From Fastidiosibacter lacustris (GTDB taxonomy: Bacteria > Pseudomonadota > Gammaproteobacteria > Francisellales > Francisellaceae), in assembly GCF_003428155.1 (NCBI RefSeq), contig NZ_QLIR01000012.1:31917-63916 (forward strand): a stretch of 32,000 nt of DNA, read 5' to 3'. Of the stretch, positions 19,346 to 27,361 are shown in pieces; the first letter of the stretch is position 1, and each line of letters opens with the position of its first letter. Both the position numbers and the translations under genes were made by a program. Under the pieces are notes generated by a model. It was not told the origin of the DNA, ran no database searches, and saw nothing but the letters and a program-made list of their open reading frames with translations.

Positions 19346-19364
19346 TCACGCTGTAAGCGTGATT
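19346..19364. repeat. Perfect 8-bp stem hairpin, possible terminator
   Basis: ATCACGCT-GTA-AGCGTGAT, followed on + by TCCTTTTT. Confidence 0.7.
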
Positions 19365-19433
19365 CCTTTTTGTCGGCGTTGTTTATTTTTTGAGATTTCA
19401 GGAAAGAACTTTAAAGGGATTGAGATAAAAAAA

Positions 19434-19739
19434 TTATGATAAATATTTTAAGCCATTCTCATCAACGAGATTAATTAGTTTTAAGATAGCACCCTTAGCT
19501 TGTCGCGTGCCCTGCTCAAGACTTTTAACCATTGCTGGACTGATATTAAGAAATTTAGCAAATACCGCTTGGCTGACGTTTTGACGTTCTCTAATTGCTT
19601 TTATATCATCGCCTGTATATTCGTATACTGTTGGCGTTTCAACTTCGGTTAATTCGCGCAGGGTTGTTTTGTCAATAATACCACTGGTGTATAGATCATT
19701 TGACAAGTCGTTTATGGTTTCTCTTATGCTGCTCATCAT
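19434..19739 (-). CDS. XRE/HigA-like helix-turn-helix antitoxin
   Basis: YTGDDIKAIRERQNVSQAVFAKFLNISPAMVKSLEQGTRQAKGAILKLINLVDENG; 4-bp overlap with the upstream toxin ORF. Confidence 0.85.
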   Translation of the reverse strand: MMSSIRETINDLSNDLYTSGIIDKTTLRELTEVETPTVYEYTGDDIKAIRERQNVSQAVFAKFLNISPAMVKSLEQGTRQAKGAILKLINLVDENGLKYLS

Positions 19740-20107
19740 ATCACCTTAAATAGTTTTTTATCTGCGATTAACGTTTGCACATCACTATCACTTAATGACA
19801 GTAATATGCTAGACAACTTTTTAAAGTCCACAAGCTCGCGCTTTGTGAAGTTTTCTTTTTCATTCTTTTTAAAGCAATGCACCCAGTAACATACAACGCC
19901 ATCACTAAAAACAATAATGGTTCGACTGCTGCCGCTTTTGCCTTTATTGTCTGTCGCTACTCTAAGCTTATATAAGCTGCCACCTAATGCATATCTTTGC
20001 TTACCCAAGTCATCTAGTGAAGCAAAGTAATTTAATGTTTCTTTTAAATCTGCATCGCTAATATGTTTTGATTCACTTGCAAACTTTTTTATTTTATAAT
20101 TTTTCAT
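19736..20107 (-). CDS. RelE/HigB-like toxin (start refined to MKNYKIKKF)
   Basis: YALGGSLYKLRVATDNKGKSGSSRTIIVFSDGVVCYWVHCFKKNEKENFTKRELVDFKKLS is typical of the RelE-like family paired with HTH antitoxins. The upstream 41 aa of the full ORF is hydrophobic and probably not translated. Confidence 0.82.
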   Translation of the reverse strand: MKNYKIKKFASESKHISDADLKETLNYFASLDDLGKQRYALGGSLYKLRVATDNKGKSGSSRTIIVFSDGVVCYWVHCFKKNEKENFTKRELVDFKKLSSILLSLSDSDVQTLIADKKLFKVI

Positions 20108-20223
20108 GCTTAAAATAGTTGGCTGTATGTTACATAGTATTATAATACACTGGCTTACCATGTCAATAAAACAATAAAGCAAAAAATTAAAAATAATGAT
20201 ATAAACATAAGGAAGTAAATAAC

Positions 20224-20469
20224 ATGCCAAGCATTACAAAACCATCTGCACCCAGTTATATGACGCTACCTAAAAAAGTTAGAATCACCGAGGAAACTTA
20301 CTTTAAAATGCTAGAGTATCTGGATTGGAATCAATCGCTTGATGGCGAAAACGATATTGATTTTTTAATTGAGGAATCCATTAAAATTGCACTCGAATCT
20401 GATAAAGATTTTAAGCGTAGAAATAAAGTGAAGAAAACAGCAGCGGTTAAGGAAGAAGCGACTGCATAA
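20224..20469 (+). CDS. Small hypothetical protein, possible RHH DNA-binding protein
   Basis: 81 aa: PKKVRITEETYFKMLEYLDWNQSLDGENDIDFLIEESIKIALES with a Lys-rich tail; SD AGGAAG upstream. Confidence 0.5.
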   Translation: MPSITKPSAPSYMTLPKKVRITEETYFKMLEYLDWNQSLDGENDIDFLIEESIKIALESDKDFKRRNKVKKTAAVKEEATA

Positions 20470-20487
20470 TGCAGTCTAATAACTCAC

Positions 20488-20841
20488 TTAATAGCGATAC
20501 TCAGGGATGCGTTCGATTTCGTTATCAATGCGATACGTCATATCATCACAGTAAACATTTTCTAGCTTCTTAATCGTTGCATGCTCCAGTATCTCATACC
20601 GGCATTCATTAGATGTCGTAAACTTCGGCGGGTATTCACTAAACAACACTTCATAGGTGTCACTGCCAAAACAGTAACGGATATATACATAACCATCTAA
20701 ATGCCTTGCATTGACTTTAAACATCAGTGTCGTTTCATCTAGGCGCTTAAAGTCATGCGCACCCCAACTCCAAACCAAGGTTCTTCCGCCTGTAAATAAT
20801 TGCTGTATGATTGTGTTTACGTAATAGTTTTTATCATTCAT
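20488..20841 (-). CDS. Hypothetical protein (117 aa)
   Basis: MNDKNYYVNTIIQQLFTGGRTLVWSWGAHDFKRLDETTLMFKVNARHLDGYVYI; GGAG SD upstream. No firm family call. Confidence 0.6.
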   Translation of the reverse strand: MNDKNYYVNTIIQQLFTGGRTLVWSWGAHDFKRLDETTLMFKVNARHLDGYVYIRYCFGSDTYEVLFSEYPPKFTTSNECRYEILEHATIKKLENVYCDDMTYRIDNEIERIPEYRY

Positions 20842-21116
20842 GGTTGTGCTCCTTTTGTAGCTTGCTTTTGGTTGTTTTTATTATTTTTATTTTTTCGCTT
20901 TGTGGTCGAGAAAGTTTTTGATAACCCATTTATTCCATATTGTGCAAATTAACAAACATTGACTATGATTAATCTATGCGCTTGAGCGGTTGAAACGAGG
21001 CGTTTTTATTAATTTTATTTGGTATTCTCTTGCTCAGGTGTATAACCTTTATAAAACACATAAACTGCCCAATTGACCATAACCGCATTAAAAGCTAATA
21101 TTCGTGCAAAACAATA

Positions 21117-21377
21117 TTGAGTAACACAATTACCATGCGTAATGACGAAAAGAAAATCATGGCTATTGACGCCAAAGTTAAAGCCCTCCGTGCTAAAAAC
21201 ACCGATGACATGATACTTTTAACCGAAATGATTGATGAGATGCTAATTTTTAGAGAAACTATGAAAAATACTAAACCAGAGCAACTAAATGCCTACTGTC
21301 AGAAATATACCAACTTTTTCTACTTTGCAAAACTACTGGACAATCTTGCAGACAAACTCGCCAGCGCTAAAGCCTAA
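21117..21377 (+). CDS. Small hypothetical protein (alternative ATG at 21135)
   Basis: 86-aa charged helical ORF followed by a bidirectional-terminator-like palindrome. Confidence 0.45.
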   Translation: MSNTITMRNDEKKIMAIDAKVKALRAKNTDDMILLTEMIDEMLIFRETMKNTKPEQLNAYCQKYTNFFYFAKLLDNLADKLASAKA

Positions 21378-21431
21378 AATTTCCTGTTTTACGACCACGA
21401 TCGTGGTTAAAAAACGGAAAATCAGAAATTT
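21377..21431. terminator. Bidirectional-terminator-like imperfect palindrome between convergent ORFs
   Basis: Core ACCACGATCGTGGT (21394-21407) is perfect; outer arms AAATTTC (21377-21383) / GAAATTT (21425-21431). Confidence 0.65.
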
Positions 21432-21435
21432 AAAT

Positions 21436-21771
21436 CTATTGCCCATCACTAAAATACGCATCAATGCCTTTCTGTACTAGCTGATATTCAAACCCTTTAT
21501 TCAGCAAATATTTTAAAAGCTTTTGCTTCTTGCCATAATCGGTTTTGCCTTTAATCAAAGGATACTTAGCACTGATTCTGCGTAGAACATTGTTAAACTG
21601 CTGTACTTCGTCAACGACAACTAACTTGTCAATCATGCTTTGTGGTATCGCTTTCTTTTTGAGCTTATCAATCAATGCACCTGTTGATATATCTTGGTTA
21701 CTTTCAATGATACGCCTTGCTTTGTTTTCTAATAGCATATCGTTGGTTATATTGGCGTTGTCTAGAGTCAT
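21436..21771 (-). CDS. Hypothetical protein with RecX-like C-terminal segment
   Basis: VLRRISAKYPLIKGKTDYGKKQKLLKYLLNKGFEYQLVQKGIDAYF resembles the last three-helix repeat of RecX (...K.k..rFL..RGF....I...). Confidence 0.45.
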   Translation of the reverse strand: MTLDNANITNDMLLENKARRIIESNQDISTGALIDKLKKKAIPQSMIDKLVVVDEVQQFNNVLRRISAKYPLIKGKTDYGKKQKLLKYLLNKGFEYQLVQKGIDAYFSDGQ

Positions 21772-21784
21772 TGTGGCATCCCTT

Positions 21785-22486
21785 TTACATCTTTATTATT
21801 CTTTTTATCCTGTTCTGCCTTCTCTCTTCCTTAATTACCTCGGCTTCTGGTATCTGATTAAATGCAAATTTCACCTGCGCATTACTTAATATATTAGTTA
21901 GGTTAGCCGTATCTATTCGATTAACTTTTATATCTTCAGACTTGCAAAATTCCCCATTGTTATCAATCCCAATGATTATGTAGCGGCGTTCACTTTCATT
22001 GAGCGTGTTGGCTAATGATATAATATCCTTAAACAAGTCACCCTGTTTTTTTGAATCCTTAGAATACCATTCACGCTTAAAATCATGGCGTTCACTTTCT
22101 CTTTTAGATTCAATTAACGGGATTATATCTTTACGTACTTCAATATATTTAGGTGTTGCTTGCAACTCTATCTTGTCTGCATCTTCTGGTTTTAGCTCTA
22201 GTTTAGAATGTTTTATTAATACGTTTAGTAAAGCAGTCCCTTTTATTTCTAAAATATGATGGGTATTTAAGGATAAGCAGTATTTTTTATCTTTACTAAA
22301 TTCAAAGCTAAGGTTGTTTAATATATCAGACTCTCCAGCCTTGGAAAAATCATCCTCAAGGAGATTGTCAATTTTATGAAATATGCTTATTTTGACAACT
22401 ATCTCACCCTTCCTATCGCTATAGTGGCTCTGCACAATTCCAATATAGCCTTTAAGACTTAGTATCAAGTTGAAGCTCCGGAACAC
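21785..22486 (-). CDS. Schlafen/AlbA_2-domain protein, apparently short or C-terminally truncated
   Basis: ESERHDFKREWYSKDSKKQGDLFKDIISLANTLNESERRYIIIGIDNNGEF matches the AlbA_2 (divergent AAA-4) signature. Ends soon after. Confidence 0.7.
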   Translation of the reverse strand: MFRSFNLILSLKGYIGIVQSHYSDRKGEIVVKISIFHKIDNLLEDDFSKAGESDILNNLSFEFSKDKKYCLSLNTHHILEIKGTALLNVLIKHSKLELKPEDADKIELQATPKYIEVRKDIIPLIESKRESERHDFKREWYSKDSKKQGDLFKDIISLANTLNESERRYIIIGIDNNGEFCKSEDIKVNRIDTANLTNILSNAQVKFAFNQIPEAEVIKEERRQNRIKRIIKM

Positions 22487-22901
22487 AAAGACAAATTTTT
22501 GAGCTGTTCAAAACAGTGTCATTTTGAATTCTATTTTCCATGTATTTTAATTCGATAAAACTCGCTTCAATATCACTATCAAAATCATCATTTACAACTA
22601 AAATAAAACTATCCATAAATACCATTAACCTTTTATGTTCCAGCTTCCGATATAGATATGCATACAAGCGACCAATAATAAAAATTCTCTGGTTTGTTCT
22701 GTGAATTTATTGCTTAGCATCACTGTTTTTCTACGGCTGATATGCTTTGCTCAAATTCTACAGATAATTACAAGCTTATCAAACGCTCACTCCTTGTGAC
22801 ATCAATAAATTTTCACTGCGCACTGATAAACTTGCTTATTTTGAGGTATTACACTACTTTAGTCATTGGTAAAACATATATAACCAAAGGAGTAACATTA
22901 T

Positions 22902-23117
22902 ATGAAATACCTAAGCCCTATCGCACTTATATTAATTATCATCGGTGGCTTAAACTGGCTGCTCGTTGGTTTGTTCAATTTCAATCTCGTCCATGCCATT
23001 TTTGGCAAACTGGGCTTTGTTGAAAACATCATCTACATTATCGTAGGTATTGCGGCTTTAATTTGCATTCCCATGCTCAAGAAATGCTGCCCAAAATCAT
23101 CTTGCAACAAGGACTAA
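22902..23117 (+). CDS. DUF378 (YuzA-like) small membrane protein
   Basis: MKYLSPIALILIIIGGLNWLLVGLFNFNLVHAIFG...VENIIYIIVGIAALICI is characteristic. Confidence 0.9.
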   Translation: MKYLSPIALILIIIGGLNWLLVGLFNFNLVHAIFGKLGFVENIIYIIVGIAALICIPMLKKCCPKSSCNKD

Positions 23118-23428
23118 TCAACATTGTGGGAAATCAATTTACTGATAACTTTTGCGCCGCAGTTGAAAACACAACAGGGCAGACAATTGCGGATTTTTTA
23201 ACACAATGCGCCAATCAAGGCTTGACCTACACAGAAGTTGGTGAGCTTTTTGGTTACAAGCAGAATACGGTTAGAAAATGGTGCAGACGATGCAATGTCT
23301 CGCTATACAATGAAAGCAGTCTTAAAGCGCTAAACTCACCCGTTAAAAAAGCAGCCATTGAGCAATTACTTGATGACATCAAAATCAAATCCCTTAGCTG
23401 CTCAAATGTACTGTATAAAGCTTGGTGA
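23063..23428 (+). CDS. Putative helix-turn-helix protein (true start uncertain, possibly near 23121)
   Basis: CANQGLTYTEVGELFGYKQNTVRKWCRRCNV resembles an HTH. Confidence 0.5.
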   Translation: MHSHAQEMLPKIILQQGLINIVGNQFTDNFCAAVENTTGQTIADFLTQCANQGLTYTEVGELFGYKQNTVRKWCRRCNVSLYNESSLKALNSPVKKAAIEQLLDDIKIKSLSCSNVLYKAW

Positions 23429-23664
23429 AAATCATGCAGCGCTTGGAAACAGAAACCAAGTTTTATGAGATAATCGTTAATCAGGATTTATTAGGCGACA
23501 TAGTTTTAATTTGCTATTTTGGCGGAAAAAACAGCCATCGCCATCAGTCAAAAACGATCAAGTTAGATTCGTTTTTACAATACTGTAAAGCGTATAAAAA
23601 AATTATCACTACCCGATTGAAACATGGGTATTGGTTTATCCATCATTCACCGCAAGACTTTTAA
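23422..23664 (+). CDS. Small hypothetical protein
   Basis: 80-aa ORF overlapping the previous stop. A WGR-like fold is possible but weak. Confidence 0.4.
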   Translation: MVKIMQRLETETKFYEIIVNQDLLGDIVLICYFGGKNSHRHQSKTIKLDSFLQYCKAYKKIITTRLKHGYWFIHHSPQDF

Positions 23665-23726
23665 AATGCAGGCGATACAGCTTTGTGCTATGATGTTTTA
23701 AGCCAAAATAATACCGCTAATTTTCA

Positions 23727-25208
23727 ATGACTAGAAAAAATAATTGGAAAACACCCATCCCATTATCGCATATATCAGCAAAGCAAGCTGATTATCCGCT
23801 TGATGCTTTACCTGATATTATCAAAGATGCTATCCAGTCTTATGCCGAGTACGGGCAGCAACCCATTCCATTATTAGCTAATAGCGCCCTGTCTAATGTC
23901 TCACTAAGCTGCCAAGGGCTAGCCAATGTTGCACGTGATGATGTGCTGACCAGCCCTGTCTCCATGTACTTTATTACGGTTGCATCCAGTGGTGAGCGTA
24001 AAACGGCGGCTGATAAAGTCTTTAGCAAAGGTGTTGAGGATTGGCAAAATAAGACAACGAAAACCATGATGCCAGAATATACGCGCATCAAAAATGAATA
24101 CACTACTTGGTCAATCAAGCGCAAAGGATTGCTAATGATGATTAGACGTTTAGCTACTCAAGGTTATGAAACAGATCAATATGATGGTTACTATGATCAA
24201 GTAATGCTTGAAGAACCAGAAATACCTTTATTGCCTAAACTTAAATATGAGGACATCACCGCAGAAGCTTTAAGCGAAAACTTAGCAAAGGAATATCCAA
24301 GCACAAGTATTTGGTCAGACGAGGCAGGCATTTCCTTATCAAGCCCAAGTATGCAAAAAGACAACACAAAGTTTGTTGCCTTACTAAACCGGCTATGGGA
24401 TGCGCAACCCATAGCCGTACATCGTAAAACAACCGGTGATCTATTCATCAAAGATCGGCGGTTTACACTGAACCTAATGATGCAACCACTATTGTTAGAA
24501 CAAATGCTCAAAAAAGGTGATGGCATTAATAGAAACAGTGGTTTTCTTGCACGAACCTTATTAGCTTACCCTACTTCAACAATGGGCAATCGATATTACA
24601 AAGAGCCATTCAAGAACGTCACTGAACATCTTGATAAATTTCACAGGCGCATTAAAACCTGTCTGAGCAACACTCAGCCAGTTGATAAATACGGTTTTGG
24701 ATACATTCCAACGCTTATCTTTAGCAAAACAGCTAAAGAAGCATGGGTGAAATACTTTAATTATATTGAAACCGCTATCGCCAACGAATACCACTGGCAA
24801 TCAATCCATGACTTGGCATCTAAAGCCAGTGAGAATATTGCAAGGCTAGCTGCCCTATTCCATTTATTTACAGGTAAACAAGGCACTGAAATATCTGCTG
24901 AACACATCGAGTCTGCTTATCAGATTATCGAATGGCATTTAAATGAAGCTAAACGCATCTTTGGAGAAACCAAACTGACACAGGTTGAGCACGATGCCAA
25001 GTTAATAATTGACGCCATCATCTCAAAGAATATTGTTGAAACCACTTCACGCGAGATTTTACGTGTCACACCCGTCCGTGACAAAAGCAGACGAGATCAA
25101 GCAATTAAGCTACTTGAGAAGTCGAATTACCTTATTTCAACGCCAGATGCTAAGCGCACAAAGATCATCTTTCACCCAACGCTATTCAAAACCTCTGTGA
25201 CAGTTTGA
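23727..25208 (+). CDS. DUF3987 (YfjI-like) family protein, frequent on phages/plasmids
   Basis: ALPDIIKDAIQSYAEYGQQPIPLLANSALSNVSLSCQGLANVARDD...SMYFITVASSGERKTAADKVF and IWSDEAGISL. Confidence 0.85.
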   Translation: MTRKNNWKTPIPLSHISAKQADYPLDALPDIIKDAIQSYAEYGQQPIPLLANSALSNVSLSCQGLANVARDDVLTSPVSMYFITVASSGERKTAADKVFSKGVEDWQNKTTKTMMPEYTRIKNEYTTWSIKRKGLLMMIRRLATQGYETDQYDGYYDQVMLEEPEIPLLPKLKYEDITAEALSENLAKEYPSTSIWSDEAGISLSSPSMQKDNTKFVALLNRLWDAQPIAVHRKTTGDLFIKDRRFTLNLMMQPLLLEQMLKKGDGINRNSGFLARTLLAYPTSTMGNRYYKEPFKNVTEHLDKFHRRIKTCLSNTQPVDKYGFGYIPTLIFSKTAKEAWVKYFNYIETAIANEYHWQSIHDLASKASENIARLAALFHLFTGKQGTEISAEHIESAYQIIEWHLNEAKRIFGETKLTQVEHDAKLIIDAIISKNIVETTSREILRVTPVRDKSRRDQAIKLLEKSNYLISTPDAKRTKIIFHPTLFKTSVTV

Positions 25209-25419
25209 CAATTGTGACAATAACAATATAAACCTTATAATTCTATAGTTTTATAATCCTATAATTATCAAATAAGATCATGACAATAGTTCAAATCACT
25301 TTGACAATGCCACAATCAAGGTCATTATGCAACCATCTTAAATTGATTCGTGATTTTAGTTTGACTTACCCACTTCTTAATAGTAGAAATGCAACAATCA
25401 TAATGAATAGCCGTTAAGC

Positions 25420-25683
25420 ATGGCAGCAAAGCAAAAGAAAAAGCGTAATAAGAAATATACACCTAAACGCCACATAGGGTGGATTGGTTATGGCTATATC
25501 GAATACGGCAATTATGGCTGTTACTTTGAGGTAAGGTTTGACCACCTTAACAAAGAGATCAGGAAAGATGATGATTTTGGTGGGTTTGTAATTGATGTTT
25601 TGGACGAATTTGCAAAAGAGGATGGCATCACATCAGAAGCCACCAATCTGAAAATGTTGAGTTGGATTGAGTGGTGCAAGTAG
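25420..25683 (+). CDS. Small hypothetical protein (87 aa)
   Basis: ATG ORF with basic N-terminus and aromatic/acidic body. Confidence 0.4.
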   Translation: MAAKQKKKRNKKYTPKRHIGWIGYGYIEYGNYGCYFEVRFDHLNKEIRKDDDFGGFVIDVLDEFAKEDGITSEATNLKMLSWIEWCK

Positions 25684-25685
25684 TT

Positions 25686-26000
25686 CTAGCTCGCCTTTAA
25701 GGTTATCGTATAATCTAAGCCAGCAGTATATAGTTGATCTTCCAAAAGACGAGAAATAAAGAACTCTTTAGGATGTTTTAGATACTCAGCAAACTTTAAA
25801 GCAAGCTCAACATCCACCTTACGCTCACCACTTTCAATATTGCATAGGTATTGTCGACTTATACCAATAGAGCGAGCCATTTCAGCCTGAGAAACATTTT
25901 CACACATGCGTAACGACTTTACCATATCACCAAAATATAGATGTCCTGTTATTTCAGATATAGCCTGAGATGCACTTAATTTATTTTCACTAATATTCAT
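25686..26000 (-). CDS. XRE-family HTH antitoxin (HigA-like)
   Basis: LRMCENVSQAEMARSIGISRQYLCNIESGERKVDVELALKFAEYL; overlaps the upstream toxin ORF by 11 bp. Confidence 0.88.
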   Translation of the reverse strand: MNISENKLSASQAISEITGHLYFGDMVKSLRMCENVSQAEMARSIGISRQYLCNIESGERKVDVELALKFAEYLKHPKEFFISRLLEDQLYTAGLDYTITLKAS

Positions 26001-26280
26001 GTTTGTTTACCTCTATTATCTCAAGATAGCTAACTTCAATTCTGCCGTTTTCATGTTCAACATAAAAAGCACGGTACGCTTTGTTTAAACGAATTGACCG
26101 CTGTCCAGTTCTGTCACCTTTTAACGGTTCATCATGGTATGAGCTTATTTGTCTAACCTCTATAACACCATATTGCTCAACCATCAAAACCCACGTATTT
26201 AGCTTATCAATTATATGCCTTGGTATTTTTCTTAGCGATTTTGCCACTTTCCTGTCAATTATAACTTTGTTTATATTCAT
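25990..26280 (-). CDS. RelE/HigB-type toxin
   Basis: VAKSLRKIPRHIIDKLNTWVLMVEQYG...YHDEPLKGDRTGQRSIRLNKAYRAFYVEHENGRIEVSYLEIIEVNKHEY. Confidence 0.88.
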   Translation of the reverse strand: MNINKVIIDRKVAKSLRKIPRHIIDKLNTWVLMVEQYGVIEVRQISSYHDEPLKGDRTGQRSIRLNKAYRAFYVEHENGRIEVSYLEIIEVNKHEY

Positions 26281-26315
26281 CTAACTAAAGCATAGTAACT
26301 GATATAAATATAATT

Positions 26316-26333
26316 GTATCCTGATTTGGATAC
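26316..26333. promoter_or_regulatory. Candidate operator upstream of the toxin-antitoxin pair 25686-26280
   Basis: Perfect inverted repeat GTATCC-TGATTT-GGATAC 36 bp upstream of the toxin start. Confidence 0.6.
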
Positions 26334-26476
26334 TTTTACAAATGTTGATGTCAACTTAGACTGTAACCCCTTGATGTCAGGCAACATCAATATATCTGTC
26401 AGATTTAAGTTGGTATTTGCTTTAGTTGGCACTTTGAAATCAATATCAAAGGGCAAGCTTGACAGCATCTACACCT

Positions 26477-26779
26477 TCAAGCTGCGATAGGGTTAACAGG
26501 TGTATGTTTCTGTTTTGCGTTCCATAAATCGTAGGCTAATTGTAAGTTTAACCAAAATTCAGCCTCCATATTAAACGCTTCAGCAAATGCTAAAGCAGTA
26601 TCAGCAGTAATTCCTCGCTTGCCATTTACAATTTCGTTAATCCTTGCATATGTCCACCCTAAATGTTTTGCAAATTTTGACTGCGTTATCCCCATTGGTT
26701 CCAAAAAGTCTTTCAAAAGAATTTCACCGGCATGGGTTGGTTGTCTTGTGGTTGGAAGTCTCATTTTATCACTCCTCAA
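26477..26779 (-). CDS. higA: HigA-family addiction module antitoxin
   Basis: RQPTHAGEILLKDFLEPMGITQSKFAKHLGWTYARINEIVNGKRGITADTALAFAEAFNMEAEFWLNLQLAYDLW is highly typical. Confidence 0.95.
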   Translation of the reverse strand: MRSDKMRLPTTRQPTHAGEILLKDFLEPMGITQSKFAKHLGWTYARINEIVNGKRGITADTALAFAEAFNMEAEFWLNLQLAYDLWNAKQKHTPVNPIAA

Positions 26780-27066
26780 TGGTAATCAACAATATCAACG
26801 TCTACCGCACTATTCTTAACCAACTTGAATATAATACGATACTGATTATTAATCCGTATTGACCAACAATCTGACAGCTTGCCCTTTAGTTTTTCCAATT
26901 TATTATTTGGCGGCACATTCAAGTCTTCAATCTTAGTGACAGCATTTAGCTGATCCAATTTTCTAACTGCAAGTGAATGTAGATTTGTTGGAAGCTTTCT
27001 AGAATATCTAGTAGATACTCCATTAAACACATCTTCAGCCATCTTACTATTAAAATTCTTAATCAA
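26776..27066 (-). CDS. higB: HigB/RelE-type toxin
   Basis: LHSLAVRKLDQLNAVTKIEDLNVPPNNKLEKLKGKLSDCWSIRINNQYRIIFKL...VDIVDYH; 4-bp overlap with higA; TTG start. Confidence 0.94.
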   Translation of the reverse strand: MIKNFNSKMAEDVFNGVSTRYSRKLPTNLHSLAVRKLDQLNAVTKIEDLNVPPNNKLEKLKGKLSDCWSIRINNQYRIIFKLVKNSAVDVDIVDYH

Positions 27067-27093
27067 AGCTCGATATCACTTGGTGTTTTTTAA

Positions 27094-27122
27094 ATTATAT
27101 ATCGATATGCAATATATGTCAA
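27094..27122 (-). promoter_or_regulatory. Sigma-70 promoter of higBA with embedded palindromic operator
   Basis: On the minus strand: TTGACA (27122-27117), 17-bp spacer, TATAAT (27099-27094), both full consensus. The palindrome ATATCGATAT (27099-27108) lies against the -10. Confidence 0.85.
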
Positions 27123-27361
27123 TCTCTGATCTGATATAACTCCCATAAAACTATAGTTTGGTGGGAGCATACATCCACAGCCAACGTGCACCTTTGTGTG
27201 ACTCGTTAAATGTCTGCATAAAATTCTTTTGTTATAGCCACTTGATCTAAATACACACGACAATTTTAAATACTTTAAAACACTCCCACAAAGTTGTTCC
27301 ATTTTTATTTTTGTGTCATAATTGATTTCTATATATTTTATGGAGCAAATGCGTTTTAATT

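Noticed and set aside
22742-23023. 93-aa plus ORF overlapping the DUF378 gene
   Set aside because: The overlapping DUF378 frame has clear family features; this frame does not.
27090-27302. 70-aa minus ORF upstream of higB
   Set aside because: It overlaps the consensus higBA promoter and has no recognisable motif.
27302-27361. Resolvase res site upstream of the serine recombinase
   Set aside because: TGTCATAATTGATTTC... and AT-rich palindromic bits exist, but no clear set of paired 12-bp half-sites could be defined by eye.
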